Below, piece after piece: positions 53,564 to 63,066 of a stretch of DNA of 64,000 bases. Below the pieces are notes generated by a model. It was not told the origin of the DNA. It searched no databases and worked only from the letters and a program-made list of their open reading frames with translations. The stretch lies in contig JAVJWO010000018.1 in the NCBI GenBank assembly GCA_040222015.1, positions 1 to 64,000 of the forward strand, read 5' to 3'. The stretch comes from Coleofasciculus chthonoplastes F2-STO-03. GTDB taxonomy: Bacteria; Cyanobacteriota; Cyanobacteriia; Cyanobacteriales; Coleofasciculaceae. How positions within the stretch are numbered: the stretch's first letter is position 1; every line of letters starts with the position of its first letter. The position numbers were made by a program, and so were the translations under genes.

Positions 53564-53671
53564 ATGGATAATGATTTAGTTCTTTTTCTAGCAGGTGTTA
53601 GCGGTCTCATCCTCTATTTAGTCTTCTCAGCGCTAACGGAGATGGGGACAAAGCTTCCCTGGAAAAAATAA
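53564..53671 (+). CDS. 35-aa single-pass membrane microprotein (MDNDLVLFLAGVSGLILYLVFSALTEMGTKLPWKK)
   Basis: ATG...TAA translated by hand; clean TM helix and basic tail; below the ORF-track cutoff. Confidence 0.55.
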   Translation: MDNDLVLFLAGVSGLILYLVFSALTEMGTKLPWKK

Positions 53672-53778
53672 CGGGAGTCCTGGCGACTGGAAGTCGCTGC
53701 TACACAAAAAAAAGTCCGCCTGCGCGGACTGGATTATCTGGATTATAAAGTCAATATAGTTTCATCAATGGTAAGCTA

Positions 53779-53937
53779 ATACCAAGTTGCAGTCTAAGGT
53801 AGAATCTGTCATTCTGAGTAGAATGCAGTGAAACGGAATGACGCTCGTGCATCTGTCCAGATTCTCGTATCTCGTTCCTCGCTATAGCTTCGCTTCACGC
53901 TTCGCTCAGAATGACATAATAGAACGCAACTTAGTAT
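53779..53937. mobile_element. MITE-like element (ataccaagttgc...gcaacttagtat) with an internal gtcattctgag...ctcagaatgac palindrome
   Basis: Terminal inverted repeats visible; a related end occurs at ~17650-17670. Confidence 0.6.
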
Positions 53938-54025
53938 AATACAAAGTTTCAGGACTTTATCTAGATTTTTGATCTTGTTTTTTTCTGGTTGTAAGAATCA
54001 ATTTAATTATCAATACAACATTTAT

Positions 54026-54658
54026 TCAACAATCCTTAATTACAATTTGACTTAAGCGCTTCAAAATTTTGAGAACGCTGTACAAATCTCCAGGGTTGCG
54101 AGTAGCTAACAAGTTTGATGTCGCGTATTTGGGATAGTCTTCCTGAACACATTTGACAAATATGAACGTTCCTCCACTGGTAATCATGCCATAGCTAGGT
54201 TTTTCTGGATTGGGATTTCCTAGCATATACGCCAACATTTGGGCAAGTCCAGCTTCAATGGAATATGAGGCTCGTTTCGACTCGATAACCATGACCCAAA
54301 GCTGGTTTTTTAAGACTAATGTATCAATTCTTCCCCTGATAATTACGCCATCATCTTCCTCGACAATATCAATGGATTGTTCTGATTTAACGTAAAAGGG
54401 AGCCAGATAAAAATCACCGATGAAGAGAATAGGGTCTAAGACAGCCATTCTCACCACATCCTCTAATAAGGGTGGATAGTTAAGCAGATTGAGATAACCC
54501 GCTTTTACTTTGTCTAATTGTTGTTTTTCGGAATCAGATAGATCGGGTAAATCTTCCTGCCACTCTGAAAAAAATAGGTTATATTCAACCAGTTGGAGTC
54601 CATGGTTTTCGATGAGATAACGTAAGTCTATATCTTGGGCTTGAATGATTTGTACCAT
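54026..54658 (-). CDS. Stand-alone PD-(D/E)XK nuclease-fold protein (type I restriction R-subunit N-terminal-like family)
   Basis: GRIDTLV...VIESKR...QMLAYM...GMITSG; no methylase nearby. Confidence 0.75.
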   Translation of the reverse strand: MVQIIQAQDIDLRYLIENHGLQLVEYNLFFSEWQEDLPDLSDSEKQQLDKVKAGYLNLLNYPPLLEDVVRMAVLDPILFIGDFYLAPFYVKSEQSIDIVEEDDGVIIRGRIDTLVLKNQLWVMVIESKRASYSIEAGLAQMLAYMLGNPNPEKPSYGMITSGGTFIFVKCVQEDYPKYATSNLLATRNPGDLYSVLKILKRLSQIVIKDC

Positions 54659-54751
54659 AACGAGTTGGTGACATTTATTTGTTGACAAGATATTAATGTC
54701 GATCAAAGCCTAATTTTCAAGGGTTTCAGACGGTTTGTCACCCCTTATGCC

Positions 54752-57376
54752 TTATGTCACGCTGCGAACTAAAATAACGGTACTCTTAACCCGCCGCGCG
54801 ATCGCTTCAGGAATATTCCCCTGAATCATAAGCTGTAATAGCCCTTCCTGGCTTGCCCCTAAAACCACAACATCGCATAATTGGTCATTGGCTAAATGAG
54901 CTACTGCATCAGATACCTCACTAGCGCGAATGGGAATCCGGCGAATCCGACCAATCCGACCATCCATTTGCCCTTTTAAAAAGTCGCTAGCTTTTTCCAT
55001 GGCGGTTGTATCGGTAACTGTATCTTCTGGATCAAAGACTTGGCATAATCGAATATCGGGTGGCTTACTACTTAAGGAAATTAACGCGGGCAGAAATTCC
55101 AAAGCGCGTTGCGAATTAGGACCACCTGCGATGGGAATCAACCAACGCTGAAAGAAGGGAGGGATATAAGGCGGATGCATCATTTCACCCAATTTAACCA
55201 CCATTACATCACAGGGCGCTTGTCGAATCACTGCATCCACTACCCCGCCAAAAATGCGTCCAGGGGTTGAGGTTGATCCTTTCCACCCCATCATCATCAA
55301 ATTAATATGTCGCTCTTTAATGGTGTCTAGAATCGCTTGAGTAATATCCTGACTCACCCGTATTTGAGTGTGAACGGGTATATTCCAATCTCGTCCCCAC
55401 TTTTCCGCCTGACGTAATAACCGACGACTTTTTGTGGTTTGTACTGGCGTTTCTGCAGGAGACGTGCTGCGGGAGACAATAATTACTTGTAGACATTCCA
55501 ATTCATAGTCGCGATCGCGGGCGATGGCGGCGGCGAGTTTAACTAATATGGGGGCGGTTTGGGGATTAGCGATGGGGACTAATAACCGTCCTCGTCCCGT
55601 TTCTGGCGATCGGGTTTGATAAACGACATAAGAGGGTTCTAATTGTGATCTAGTCTGAGTTGTCTTACTATCAAGCTGATCCAATTCCGCCCGAATAATA
55701 TCGCTGCGGGTAATAATTCCCAATAACTTACGCCCTTCAGTGACTGGGAGGCGACTGAGGTGGTAACGGTTGAGCAGATAAAGCACATCGACTAAACTCG
55801 CTGTCGGCTTCACCGTTATCGGGTGCGATGTCATAATCTCTGCTAGGGGTGTGGTTCCGGGGAACGGACAACGGGGCGGATTGCCTTGCATTTTTGTCGT
55901 CTGTGTAAGATCTGATTGACTAATAATCCCCACTAGCGTCCCTTCATCTACCACAGGAAACCCTTGGTGCGTCGAACGAGATACCATCTGCAAGGCGTCA
56001 TCCAGACTCATGTGCAGCGATAAGGTTTCCACCCGTCGTTGCATCAAATCCTCTGCGGTTAACCCAACCAATGAACCCTTGTCTACTTTTTGAGTGGGGG
56101 AGATATACCCTCTCCATTCCAACAGACGCTGATAAAGTGAGCCTTTGGAGAGTTGATCGGCAATCAGGTAAGATACCACACAGGTGATCATTAACGGTAA
56201 AACCAGATTGAAATCCGCCGTAATCTCAAATATGATCACAATCGCGGTTATAGGAACCTTAGATACAGCACTAAAAAACGCCCCCATCCCTGCCAAGGCG
56301 TAAGTCGTCGGTTCCCCAACCCCTAAAAACGATAATTTAGCAACGCCCACCAGATAACCCAAGGCAGAACCCAAAACCAGTGACGGGTGAAATAAACCCC
56401 CAGGAGCGCCTGATCCATAAGAAACTAGGGTGAGAAAAAAGTAGGTTACTAAAGCGAGGCTAGTGAATTGCCAACTTTCTGCGCCTGTAATTAACAACTC
56501 CCGCAACCCACGATTATTGCGAAAATCCGGGGGTAACAGAGAAACCACACAACCACAGATTAATCCCGCTAGCCCCATTTTTACCGCCAAAGAGACATGA
56601 AAGCGGCGTTGTAGCGTCAATGAAAACAGAATCCCACGATTAAATAAGGTTGCCAGTAATCCGGCTAAAAGACCCAGGATTAAATAAAAGGGAATCTCCG
56701 GAGCAGAAAAACTACTGGTTGTTTGAGTTAGTTCCAGGTTCAGGTCGAGACTACGACCCCCTAAAATCCGGGAAATTACCGCACCGATAAACGAGGCGAG
56801 AATCGCTGTTCCTAGCGTTAAGCCGGAAAAATCATGGATTAATTCCTCAACCACAAACAAAATACCCGCAATTGGGGTATTAAACCCTGCCGCTAAACCC
56901 GCCGCTGAACCCGCCGCAATGAGCTGGCGTCGATGGCTCGGAGAAGTGGGAAACCAACGGCTAAACTGAGCCGCCAACGCTGCACCAATATGAACTGTGG
57001 GTCCTTGACGTCCCAGGGTCAGTCCTGCCGCGATCGCTAAAATACTACTGACGAGTTTAACCAGCGCTACACGCAAATCTAGAGCGATGGGATATTGAGC
57101 AAGTGCGGCTTTAATCTGAGGAATACCACTCCCAGAAGCATCGGGTGCCAAATACTCAACCAAGAATCCAGACAGCGCTCCCAATACCAGTCCGAACGCG
57201 GGTAAAACTAAAAATGGTGGATATTGTTCAGAAGTTTGAACCCGCCATGAACCGAGCCAACCAATACTGTGTTGGAGTAACACGGCGGATAGCGCAGAAA
57301 CCACCCCAATTAAACAAGCTTCTGCGATCGCCAAACGTCGCTTGGGCAGTAACCATTGACGTATGGGATTGATCAT
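54752..57376 (-). CDS. CLC-family chloride transporter with CBS pair and USP domains
   Basis: GSGIP, GRQGP, GLFHP, CBS (GFPVVD, LPVTE..KLLGIITRSD), USP-like (LLVPIANP, GGPNS). Confidence 0.93.
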   Translation of the reverse strand: MINPIRQWLLPKRRLAIAEACLIGVVSALSAVLLQHSIGWLGSWRVQTSEQYPPFLVLPAFGLVLGALSGFLVEYLAPDASGSGIPQIKAALAQYPIALDLRVALVKLVSSILAIAAGLTLGRQGPTVHIGAALAAQFSRWFPTSPSHRRQLIAAGSAAGLAAGFNTPIAGILFVVEELIHDFSGLTLGTAILASFIGAVISRILGGRSLDLNLELTQTTSSFSAPEIPFYLILGLLAGLLATLFNRGILFSLTLQRRFHVSLAVKMGLAGLICGCVVSLLPPDFRNNRGLRELLITGAESWQFTSLALVTYFFLTLVSYGSGAPGGLFHPSLVLGSALGYLVGVAKLSFLGVGEPTTYALAGMGAFFSAVSKVPITAIVIIFEITADFNLVLPLMITCVVSYLIADQLSKGSLYQRLLEWRGYISPTQKVDKGSLVGLTAEDLMQRRVETLSLHMSLDDALQMVSRSTHQGFPVVDEGTLVGIISQSDLTQTTKMQGNPPRCPFPGTTPLAEIMTSHPITVKPTASLVDVLYLLNRYHLSRLPVTEGRKLLGIITRSDIIRAELDQLDSKTTQTRSQLEPSYVVYQTRSPETGRGRLLVPIANPQTAPILVKLAAAIARDRDYELECLQVIIVSRSTSPAETPVQTTKSRRLLRQAEKWGRDWNIPVHTQIRVSQDITQAILDTIKERHINLMMMGWKGSTSTPGRIFGGVVDAVIRQAPCDVMVVKLGEMMHPPYIPPFFQRWLIPIAGGPNSQRALEFLPALISLSSKPPDIRLCQVFDPEDTVTDTTAMEKASDFLKGQMDGRIGRIRRIPIRASEVSDAVAHLANDQLCDVVVLGASQEGLLQLMIQGNIPEAIARRVKSTVILVRSVT

Positions 57377-57407
57377 TGGTCATTGGTCATTGGTCATTGG
57401 TCATTCG
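57374..57407. repeat. STRR heptamer tract (TCATTGG)n
   Basis: Direct reading. Confidence 0.85.
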
Positions 57408-57658
57408 TTGAAGAATTCTTGCACTCCATTGGGGCGGGTTTAGTGACATCAGGGTGAAAACCAAACGCCAACGGTAAAACCCGCCCCTACAAACAGGACA
57501 GGTTTTGCAGCCAATCTAGGGATAACAATCAATATTAGTCCCTAAACTTGAAACTTGCCCCTACTCTCCCCCAGCTTCCCCAGCGTTCGACTGAGCGCTC
57601 ACGCCGAAGTCTTCCCCAGCTCCCCCTGCTCCCCCTGCTCCCTCTCTCTCCTAACGAG

Positions 57659-58987
57659 CTAAATCAAAATAGAGGTTTGCTCAGATGCGGTAACTGAGAG
57701 TCCTTCTAAAATTAAAGAGGGGGTATAACACGGACCATTCCATTCTGCATCTTCACCCAGGGCAACAATCTGCTTGAGGGCAGTGTAGACGTTACCCGCA
57801 ACCATGGTGTCTTTTACCCGACCGATGATCATACCGTTGCAGACGCGATACCCTAAATCTACATTGACAGAAAAGTCTCCAGATATGCCAGCTCCACCAC
57901 CGAGGATTTGGTCGATCACCAATCCATCATCCAGTTGACGCAATAAGTCTCTTAAGGAGCCTTTACCGGGTTGTACCATGATATTGACTAAGCCTGGGGT
58001 GGGATAACTGCCTAAGCTGGGGCGAAATCCATTGCCTGTACTGCCAACTCCCAGTAATCGCCCAATGGTGCGATCGCCATAAAATTGTTGCAACTGTCCT
58101 TCGCGAATTAATAATAGGGGTCGAGTCGGAGTCCCTTCGTCGTCAAAAGGACAGCTATAGGGACCCGTATTCGGTTGTTGAGATAGGGTAAGGTTGAGGG
58201 AACTGACCACTTGACCCAAGCGATCGCTCCAAGGGGAAGCGCTTTCCCACACCTGTTTCCCATTTAATGCGGTTTGGACGGTATCCCAGAGTAAATCAGC
58301 GGCTTTGGCGGTGAGCAAAATCGGGACTTGACCGATAGGGGGATAAACATTATTCTGCGCCCAGTTGAGGCGTTGTAAAATTGATTGTACGACTTTATCG
58401 GAATTAAGCTGTTCCCGTTGGGTTTGACCATCAGATACGCATAAAAAGTCATCGCCGCGCACCCATTCCACCGAAAAAAAACAGTTGAGTGTGGTGTCGG
58501 TGTAATGACAATCCAAGCCTTGAGAGTTGATCAAGCGGGTGGTTTCGGCTTCACATTCCCATTCTGCCGTACAGAGGACGTCTGGATTCGCGTCCCGAAT
58601 TTTAGTGATCGCTTCTTTGCCCATGACGACCAATTCTTCTACCGCCACGGACTTGCCCAAGTCGGGATAACCTTCGGTACGTCCCGGTGTGAGTTCCACC
58701 GATTCCGATTCATTCAGAGTGCTAATGGCGATGGCTCGATCCACTAAGTCTTGGGGATTCACTGCACCATAAGCAACCGCCAATCCGGGACGACCGTTTT
58801 TCCATAAGCGTAGCGCCACCCCTTCTGATTGACTACTTTCTAGCCGCTTAAGGCGATTCGCTTCAAAGAGTACAGGGCGAGACAGCGATTGCGACTGATA
58901 GACCTCAGCATCCTTGGCTCCGGCTTTGAGTGCCAGATCTAAGAGTTGTTCGCAGGGCAGGGCGGGTGACAAATTCGGAGACTCCAT
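57659..58987 (-). CDS. pmbA: TldD/PmbA family protein (PmbA/TldE-like)
   Basis: PFDDEGTP, GNGFR, SGDFS, M.AGN; lacks HExxH. Confidence 0.85.
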   Translation of the reverse strand: MESPNLSPALPCEQLLDLALKAGAKDAEVYQSQSLSRPVLFEANRLKRLESSQSEGVALRLWKNGRPGLAVAYGAVNPQDLVDRAIAISTLNESESVELTPGRTEGYPDLGKSVAVEELVVMGKEAITKIRDANPDVLCTAEWECEAETTRLINSQGLDCHYTDTTLNCFFSVEWVRGDDFLCVSDGQTQREQLNSDKVVQSILQRLNWAQNNVYPPIGQVPILLTAKAADLLWDTVQTALNGKQVWESASPWSDRLGQVVSSLNLTLSQQPNTGPYSCPFDDEGTPTRPLLLIREGQLQQFYGDRTIGRLLGVGSTGNGFRPSLGSYPTPGLVNIMVQPGKGSLRDLLRQLDDGLVIDQILGGGAGISGDFSVNVDLGYRVCNGMIIGRVKDTMVAGNVYTALKQIVALGEDAEWNGPCYTPSLILEGLSVTASEQTSILI

Positions 58988-59055
58988 AATGTTTAGGGTT
59001 AATTATTCTGTTTATAGTTCCGGCTCATGGTGATAAACCCCGAACCCATTCAGGG

Positions 59056-59919
59056 CTACGTTAATTCTTGCAACAACCAAAATCCAGCAAAGGTTTCTGA
59101 GGTTGGCGTTGACTGCACTGCAAGAAAATGTATGGACTGGGCGTTTTCTTTGGCAGATTCAAAGCCTTCAGCTTCCGCTAGGGTTTGAGCATCGGTTAGG
59201 TTGGCTAAAGCCCAGCTATCACTAGCACCCGTTTCCAGTAATAGCCGGGGAGTGGCACCTCCCTGAAATTTAACAAACGCTAGTTCTAAACCTGACATCC
59301 ATGCGGCTAAGGCTTTGGCGCGATCAGAGAAAATAATCATGCCCGGAATGCGCGTATCTGGAGCCAGATCCATCATTGACAGGGGAAAAGCTTCGCCAAA
59401 GTCAATGTCCCACTCATCCATATCAGCAAATGCTTCGGCTTCCAAACTAACCAATGCCCATTTTTGTCCCTGGATGGCATCGGGTAAGGGTTGAGGAACC
59501 TGAGGTTGGTAGCGCACAGAGGCAGAGGCGGCGGCTGAGGACTGATATCCGGGTTGATGGGGATAAACGTCCTTGATCCGGTGGTTTAGCCAGTGATCAA
59601 GCCTGTATGTCCGACGACTGGCGATCGCGGGAATGCCTAACTCTTGGCAGGCTTTAGTAATCATGTTGTTCATCTGACGCCGGAAAAAGCGAATTTTTGT
59701 CGGTGTTTGTCCCGATGCCGCGATCGCTTCTTCTAGGGATTGCCGCAACCATAAGGAGTTGACCTCCTGGTTGGAACAAAACTGCGCGTACTGAAATAAT
59801 TTGTCCGTGGATTGGTGGATGTTTAAAGGACTCTGACAGATTAAGACTTCCCAGAGCTTCTTCTGATTGTCATCCAATATTGGACGTGAATAGAAATCGA
59901 GTTCCCAAATAATCGTCAT
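59056..59919 (-). CDS. Tab2/Atab2 family RNA-binding protein (DUF1092)
   Basis: WELDFYSRP.LD..KK.WE, RFFR.QM, LAAWMSGLE, HFLAVQ, FAGFWLL. Confidence 0.9.
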   Translation of the reverse strand: MTIIWELDFYSRPILDDNQKKLWEVLICQSPLNIHQSTDKLFQYAQFCSNQEVNSLWLRQSLEEAIAASGQTPTKIRFFRRQMNNMITKACQELGIPAIASRRTYRLDHWLNHRIKDVYPHQPGYQSSAAASASVRYQPQVPQPLPDAIQGQKWALVSLEAEAFADMDEWDIDFGEAFPLSMMDLAPDTRIPGMIIFSDRAKALAAWMSGLELAFVKFQGGATPRLLLETGASDSWALANLTDAQTLAEAEGFESAKENAQSIHFLAVQSTPTSETFAGFWLLQELT

Positions 59920-60039
59920 CTCATTCGATGTATTGCGTTCACATGAAAGTCTGGGCAATTACAGACTCGTGCTTTCAACACCTCGACTTCGCTCGGTGTT
60001 GACCCTGAGCGAAGCCGAAGGGTCAACCTGTACGCATAG

Positions 60040-60286
60040 GGGTTGCTTAATTGGGCTTGCGCCCCTCCCGGAAACGGGGTAACGTTTGCCTCGCATAAGT
60101 TATGCCTCGGTACTTTCTCTAACACACGCTGTTTAACCCTTTAAGCCTTTTTAATGCTGGAGTAGGTACAGACGTAGCATGCTACGTCTCTACAACGCTT
60201 AGACATAACGTAGACCGCGTAGGTCTTAGGCTGGTCAGGTTGCGGCTCAATTCCAAGCCCCCGCCTTTAGGCGTGGGGTTCCTGAC
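60040..60286 (-). ncRNA. HEARO/IscB-type omegaRNA scaffold without an iscB ORF
   Basis: Minus strand: GTCAggaACCCCACGCCTAAAGGCGGGGGCTTG...CTGACCAGCCTAAG...CTACGTT...TTAAACAG...GCGAGGCAAACGTTACCCC...GGGAGG, then an ATG that stops after 4 codons. Confidence 0.7.
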
Positions 60287-60303
60287 GCCAAGATGTAATC
60301 TAA

Positions 60304-60440
60304 CCGCTTCTAAAAACCTGATCAGATCTATACAAAGATCGTCACATCTAGGCAAAACACAGCGGTGTATGTTTATACGAGCGTTCGTCCCAAGTGCGTC
60401 AAGAGCTTCCCTGTTGAGGGTTGACCAAGGACTCCCAGTT
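60304..60440 (-). ncRNA. Predicted omegaRNA/IS607-like right end of the TnpB-related gene, overlapping its 3' end
   Basis: Minus strand ends ...gatctttgtatagatctgatcaggtttttagaagcGG, similar in layout to the 38116..38238 end. Confidence 0.5.
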
Positions 60441-61853
60441 AGAGATACCATAATAGGTGTGCCTACTATGAATAGAACACTTGAGTCTATTATTCAGTTG
60501 ATGCCAATAGCTCCATACGTGCTTGCTATCGTTCACCGATAGATAGGCGGTTATGGAGCCTGGTAATTTTTCCCCTAATCTCATCCCACGACGGGCGATC
60601 ACCAGTGCCGCCGCTTCATCACTAGCTAATCCATACATCCGGGCATATTTGACGCCTCCAATCAGACTGCTATAGGCTGGATTGACTGTTTTCACTTCTA
60701 TGCCGCGATTATTCAATATGGCGGTCAATAACTTGGAGAAACGACTATAGGCCCATCCAGACAGCATTCGGGCATATTTGCGTCTGTTTTCCCTGAGTTG
60801 GGTTTTCTTGCCCGAAAAGTCTAATTCTTCACACACAATCGGGCATTGGTAGGCAATTGCCATATCCAGTAGCCGGAAACAGACCTGTCTAATCGCAGCA
60901 TCCTGTTTACCCCGTGGCTGTCCCATCTCAATGGGGATTTGACCATGATGCTTGAGATTGCCATCCCTGTCCACATAAGACCATCCTACTGAACCGGGAT
61001 TGAGGTCTATCCCAATACACCCATAATGGATTGACCTGGATACCTGCTTAACAGGTGCTCTTGTAAACTGTACTGCTACACACCACTTGTTATCCTTTCG
61101 GTAAAAATACCATGTTTTAGCACCATCTTCTGGTAGTCGATTGACATTTCTCTGGAAGTCCCCTATCTGGGATGAGACATACTTCCCGAACTTTTCCTCT
61201 AAACAATAGGGAACACGCCACCTGATTGTTTGCCCATCCCACTGGCAAGCCTGATTCCCAAATGATTCGTCTTTGGCTCCCACTACATAAACTTGTCCTT
61301 TGGGGATAGTTACCCGAATGGGAGCCGCTTTTAGGTACTCAACCTGCTTCTGGTAGTGGTTTAGCTTGCGCTTTTTGTTGTGCAGTTGAAAACGTAAGTT
61401 TTGCCAATTGCTCTGCCGATACTCGATAGAGCAAGCTAATGGCAATACACACCCCGACTTACTGGCTTGCCAGTTTTTCTGGCGGTAAAACTTACGGGCA
61501 TTCTTAAGAGAGCGTTGAGCCTTTTTAATCCATGCTGCACAGGATTTCGTTTTAGCCGTCAGTACCTTAATGTGCCGTTTACGGTTCTCTCTTGCCGCAT
61601 CTACCGCGCCTTGGGCAAAAACTATCACACCATTAGCGTGACGTTTGTTTATACCGTAACTCTGCTGTAGATATCTGTTCCACCTGGACTTGTTGAATTT
61701 TTCACTTGAGAGGAGATGATTGGCTGTCTCACACCCGCAGACATGGAAAATAGCTGAATATTCCGATAGAAACATTTCTAGTCGGGTTTTCCCTAATGGG
61801 TTAAGCTCCCAAGCTGGTGTAGGTAATCCCTTGCAGTATGTAAGTGTAACCAT
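60399..61853 (-). CDS. tnpB: TnpB-related RuvC protein (IS200/IS605/IS607 accessory, Cas12-ancestral; no zinc finger; no adjacent transposase)
   Basis: RuvC-I GIDLNP, RuvC-II VCEELDF, VNPAYSS, RuvC-III SDEAAALVIARRG; likely start is ATG 61853 (the ORF extends to TTG 61877). Confidence 0.85.
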   Translation of the reverse strand: MVTLTYCKGLPTPAWELNPLGKTRLEMFLSEYSAIFHVCGCETANHLLSSEKFNKSRWNRYLQQSYGINKRHANGVIVFAQGAVDAARENRKRHIKVLTAKTKSCAAWIKKAQRSLKNARKFYRQKNWQASKSGCVLPLACSIEYRQSNWQNLRFQLHNKKRKLNHYQKQVEYLKAAPIRVTIPKGQVYVVGAKDESFGNQACQWDGQTIRWRVPYCLEEKFGKYVSSQIGDFQRNVNRLPEDGAKTWYFYRKDNKWCVAVQFTRAPVKQVSRSIHYGCIGIDLNPGSVGWSYVDRDGNLKHHGQIPIEMGQPRGKQDAAIRQVCFRLLDMAIAYQCPIVCEELDFSGKKTQLRENRRKYARMLSGWAYSRFSKLLTAILNNRGIEVKTVNPAYSSLIGGVKYARMYGLASDEAAALVIARRGMRLGEKLPGSITAYLSVNDSKHVWSYWHQLNNRLKCSIHSRHTYYGISNWESLVNPQQGSS

Positions 61854-62090
61854 TGATTCGACCGGGTCAATGTTCAATTATTGCTTTATTGTATATCGGT
61901 TTTGACGCTTCCTTGCTGCGGATGAAATACTTATTCATTAGGGAAGCTGGGGAAGCTGGGGAAGATGGGGAAGCTGGGGGAGCTGGGGGAGCTGGGGAAG
62001 CAGGGGGAGATGGGCAAGATAACGGATCAGATGTTAAGAACGCGGTAAGTTAGAGGTAAGGGCTCTATCCATACCTGTAAATCACTAATC

Positions 62091-62870
62091 ATGCCTGTGA
62101 ATCGAATTGTCCTATTATGCTTGGTTGGAGGCGGACTGGCTATATTTGTTTTGTCAAATTTGTCAGCCCCCGTCAAGTCTCTCGTATTTTTGGGAATGCA
62201 AACGGTTGCATTGCCGCTGACGGTATGGATAGGATTGGCGATCGCACTCGGCATACTCACCAGTTTAGTCTTACAGTTGCTCAGTTTTCGACCCAGGAGG
62301 GTTCAGAGGTTTGATCGCGCCGCCCAACCATCGCCTCCAAATCGCTGGCGATCAGATGTTGAGTTTGAGGAGGAGGAACCTGAACCCGAGCAAACTGAAC
62401 CAGAAATGCCACCTCCATCACCCCCTCCATCACCCCCACCCCCACCCCCACCCAAATCTTCCCCCTCTGCTTCCGGTTCGGATTGGGATCAAGCTGTTGC
62501 TCCAGAGTGGAACTTTGAAGGAGAATCGGCAACATCCATAGAGGACGAGTTTGACTGGGATGAGTTGGAGAGTCAGCCAGAGGAAGAGGTGTCAGAGGAA
62601 ACAGAGCGCAGTATCGGAAGCGATTGCAGTAGTTATGAACCAAGTCAAGAACCCAGCCGCCGTTCTCAACCCGACTCGGTTTATTCCTACAGTTACCGGG
62701 AATCCAATCAGTCTAAATCGAGGATTGGCAAATCTGAGGCTGTGTATGATGCTAACTATCGAGTAATTACCCCGCCGTACCGCCAACCCCCACCTCAAGC
62801 GGAACCGGAGGATGAGGATGAAGATGAAGACTGGGGATTTGAGTTTGATGATCAAGGCAGAGGTTCGTAG
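62091..62870 (+). CDS. LapA-like membrane protein with an acidic, Pro-rich tail
   Basis: N.....LVFLG.....LPL..W between two TM helices; VYDANYRVITPPY; DEDWGF. Confidence 0.75.
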   Translation: MPVNRIVLLCLVGGGLAIFVLSNLSAPVKSLVFLGMQTVALPLTVWIGLAIALGILTSLVLQLLSFRPRRVQRFDRAAQPSPPNRWRSDVEFEEEEPEPEQTEPEMPPPSPPPSPPPPPPPKSSPSASGSDWDQAVAPEWNFEGESATSIEDEFDWDELESQPEEEVSEETERSIGSDCSSYEPSQEPSRRSQPDSVYSYSYRESNQSKSRIGKSEAVYDANYRVITPPYRQPPPQAEPEDEDEDEDWGFEFDDQGRGS

Positions 62871-63066
62871 CTGAAACTCGATCAATGAGCTATTGATTGT
62901 TACCCAGCTTGTAAATGGTAAACTTGGTCACAAATTTGGTCAACAAATCAATAAAAAATTAATCCCATTGTAAATTTATCGGCAAATTCTTGGTATGCTG
63001 AAAAGTATAATCAGTCTCAACAGTCGATAGCAAGTTTCCAACACTATCAAATCAGGGAGAGCGCTC

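Noticed and set aside
54026..54658. A complete restriction-modification system
   Set aside because: Only a lone nuclease-fold gene; no methyltransferase, specificity subunit or helicase domain nearby
61853..62053. ORF with an EAGEAGEDGEAGGAGG repeat
   Set aside because: Translation of the GGGGAAGCT tandem repeat in an intergenic region
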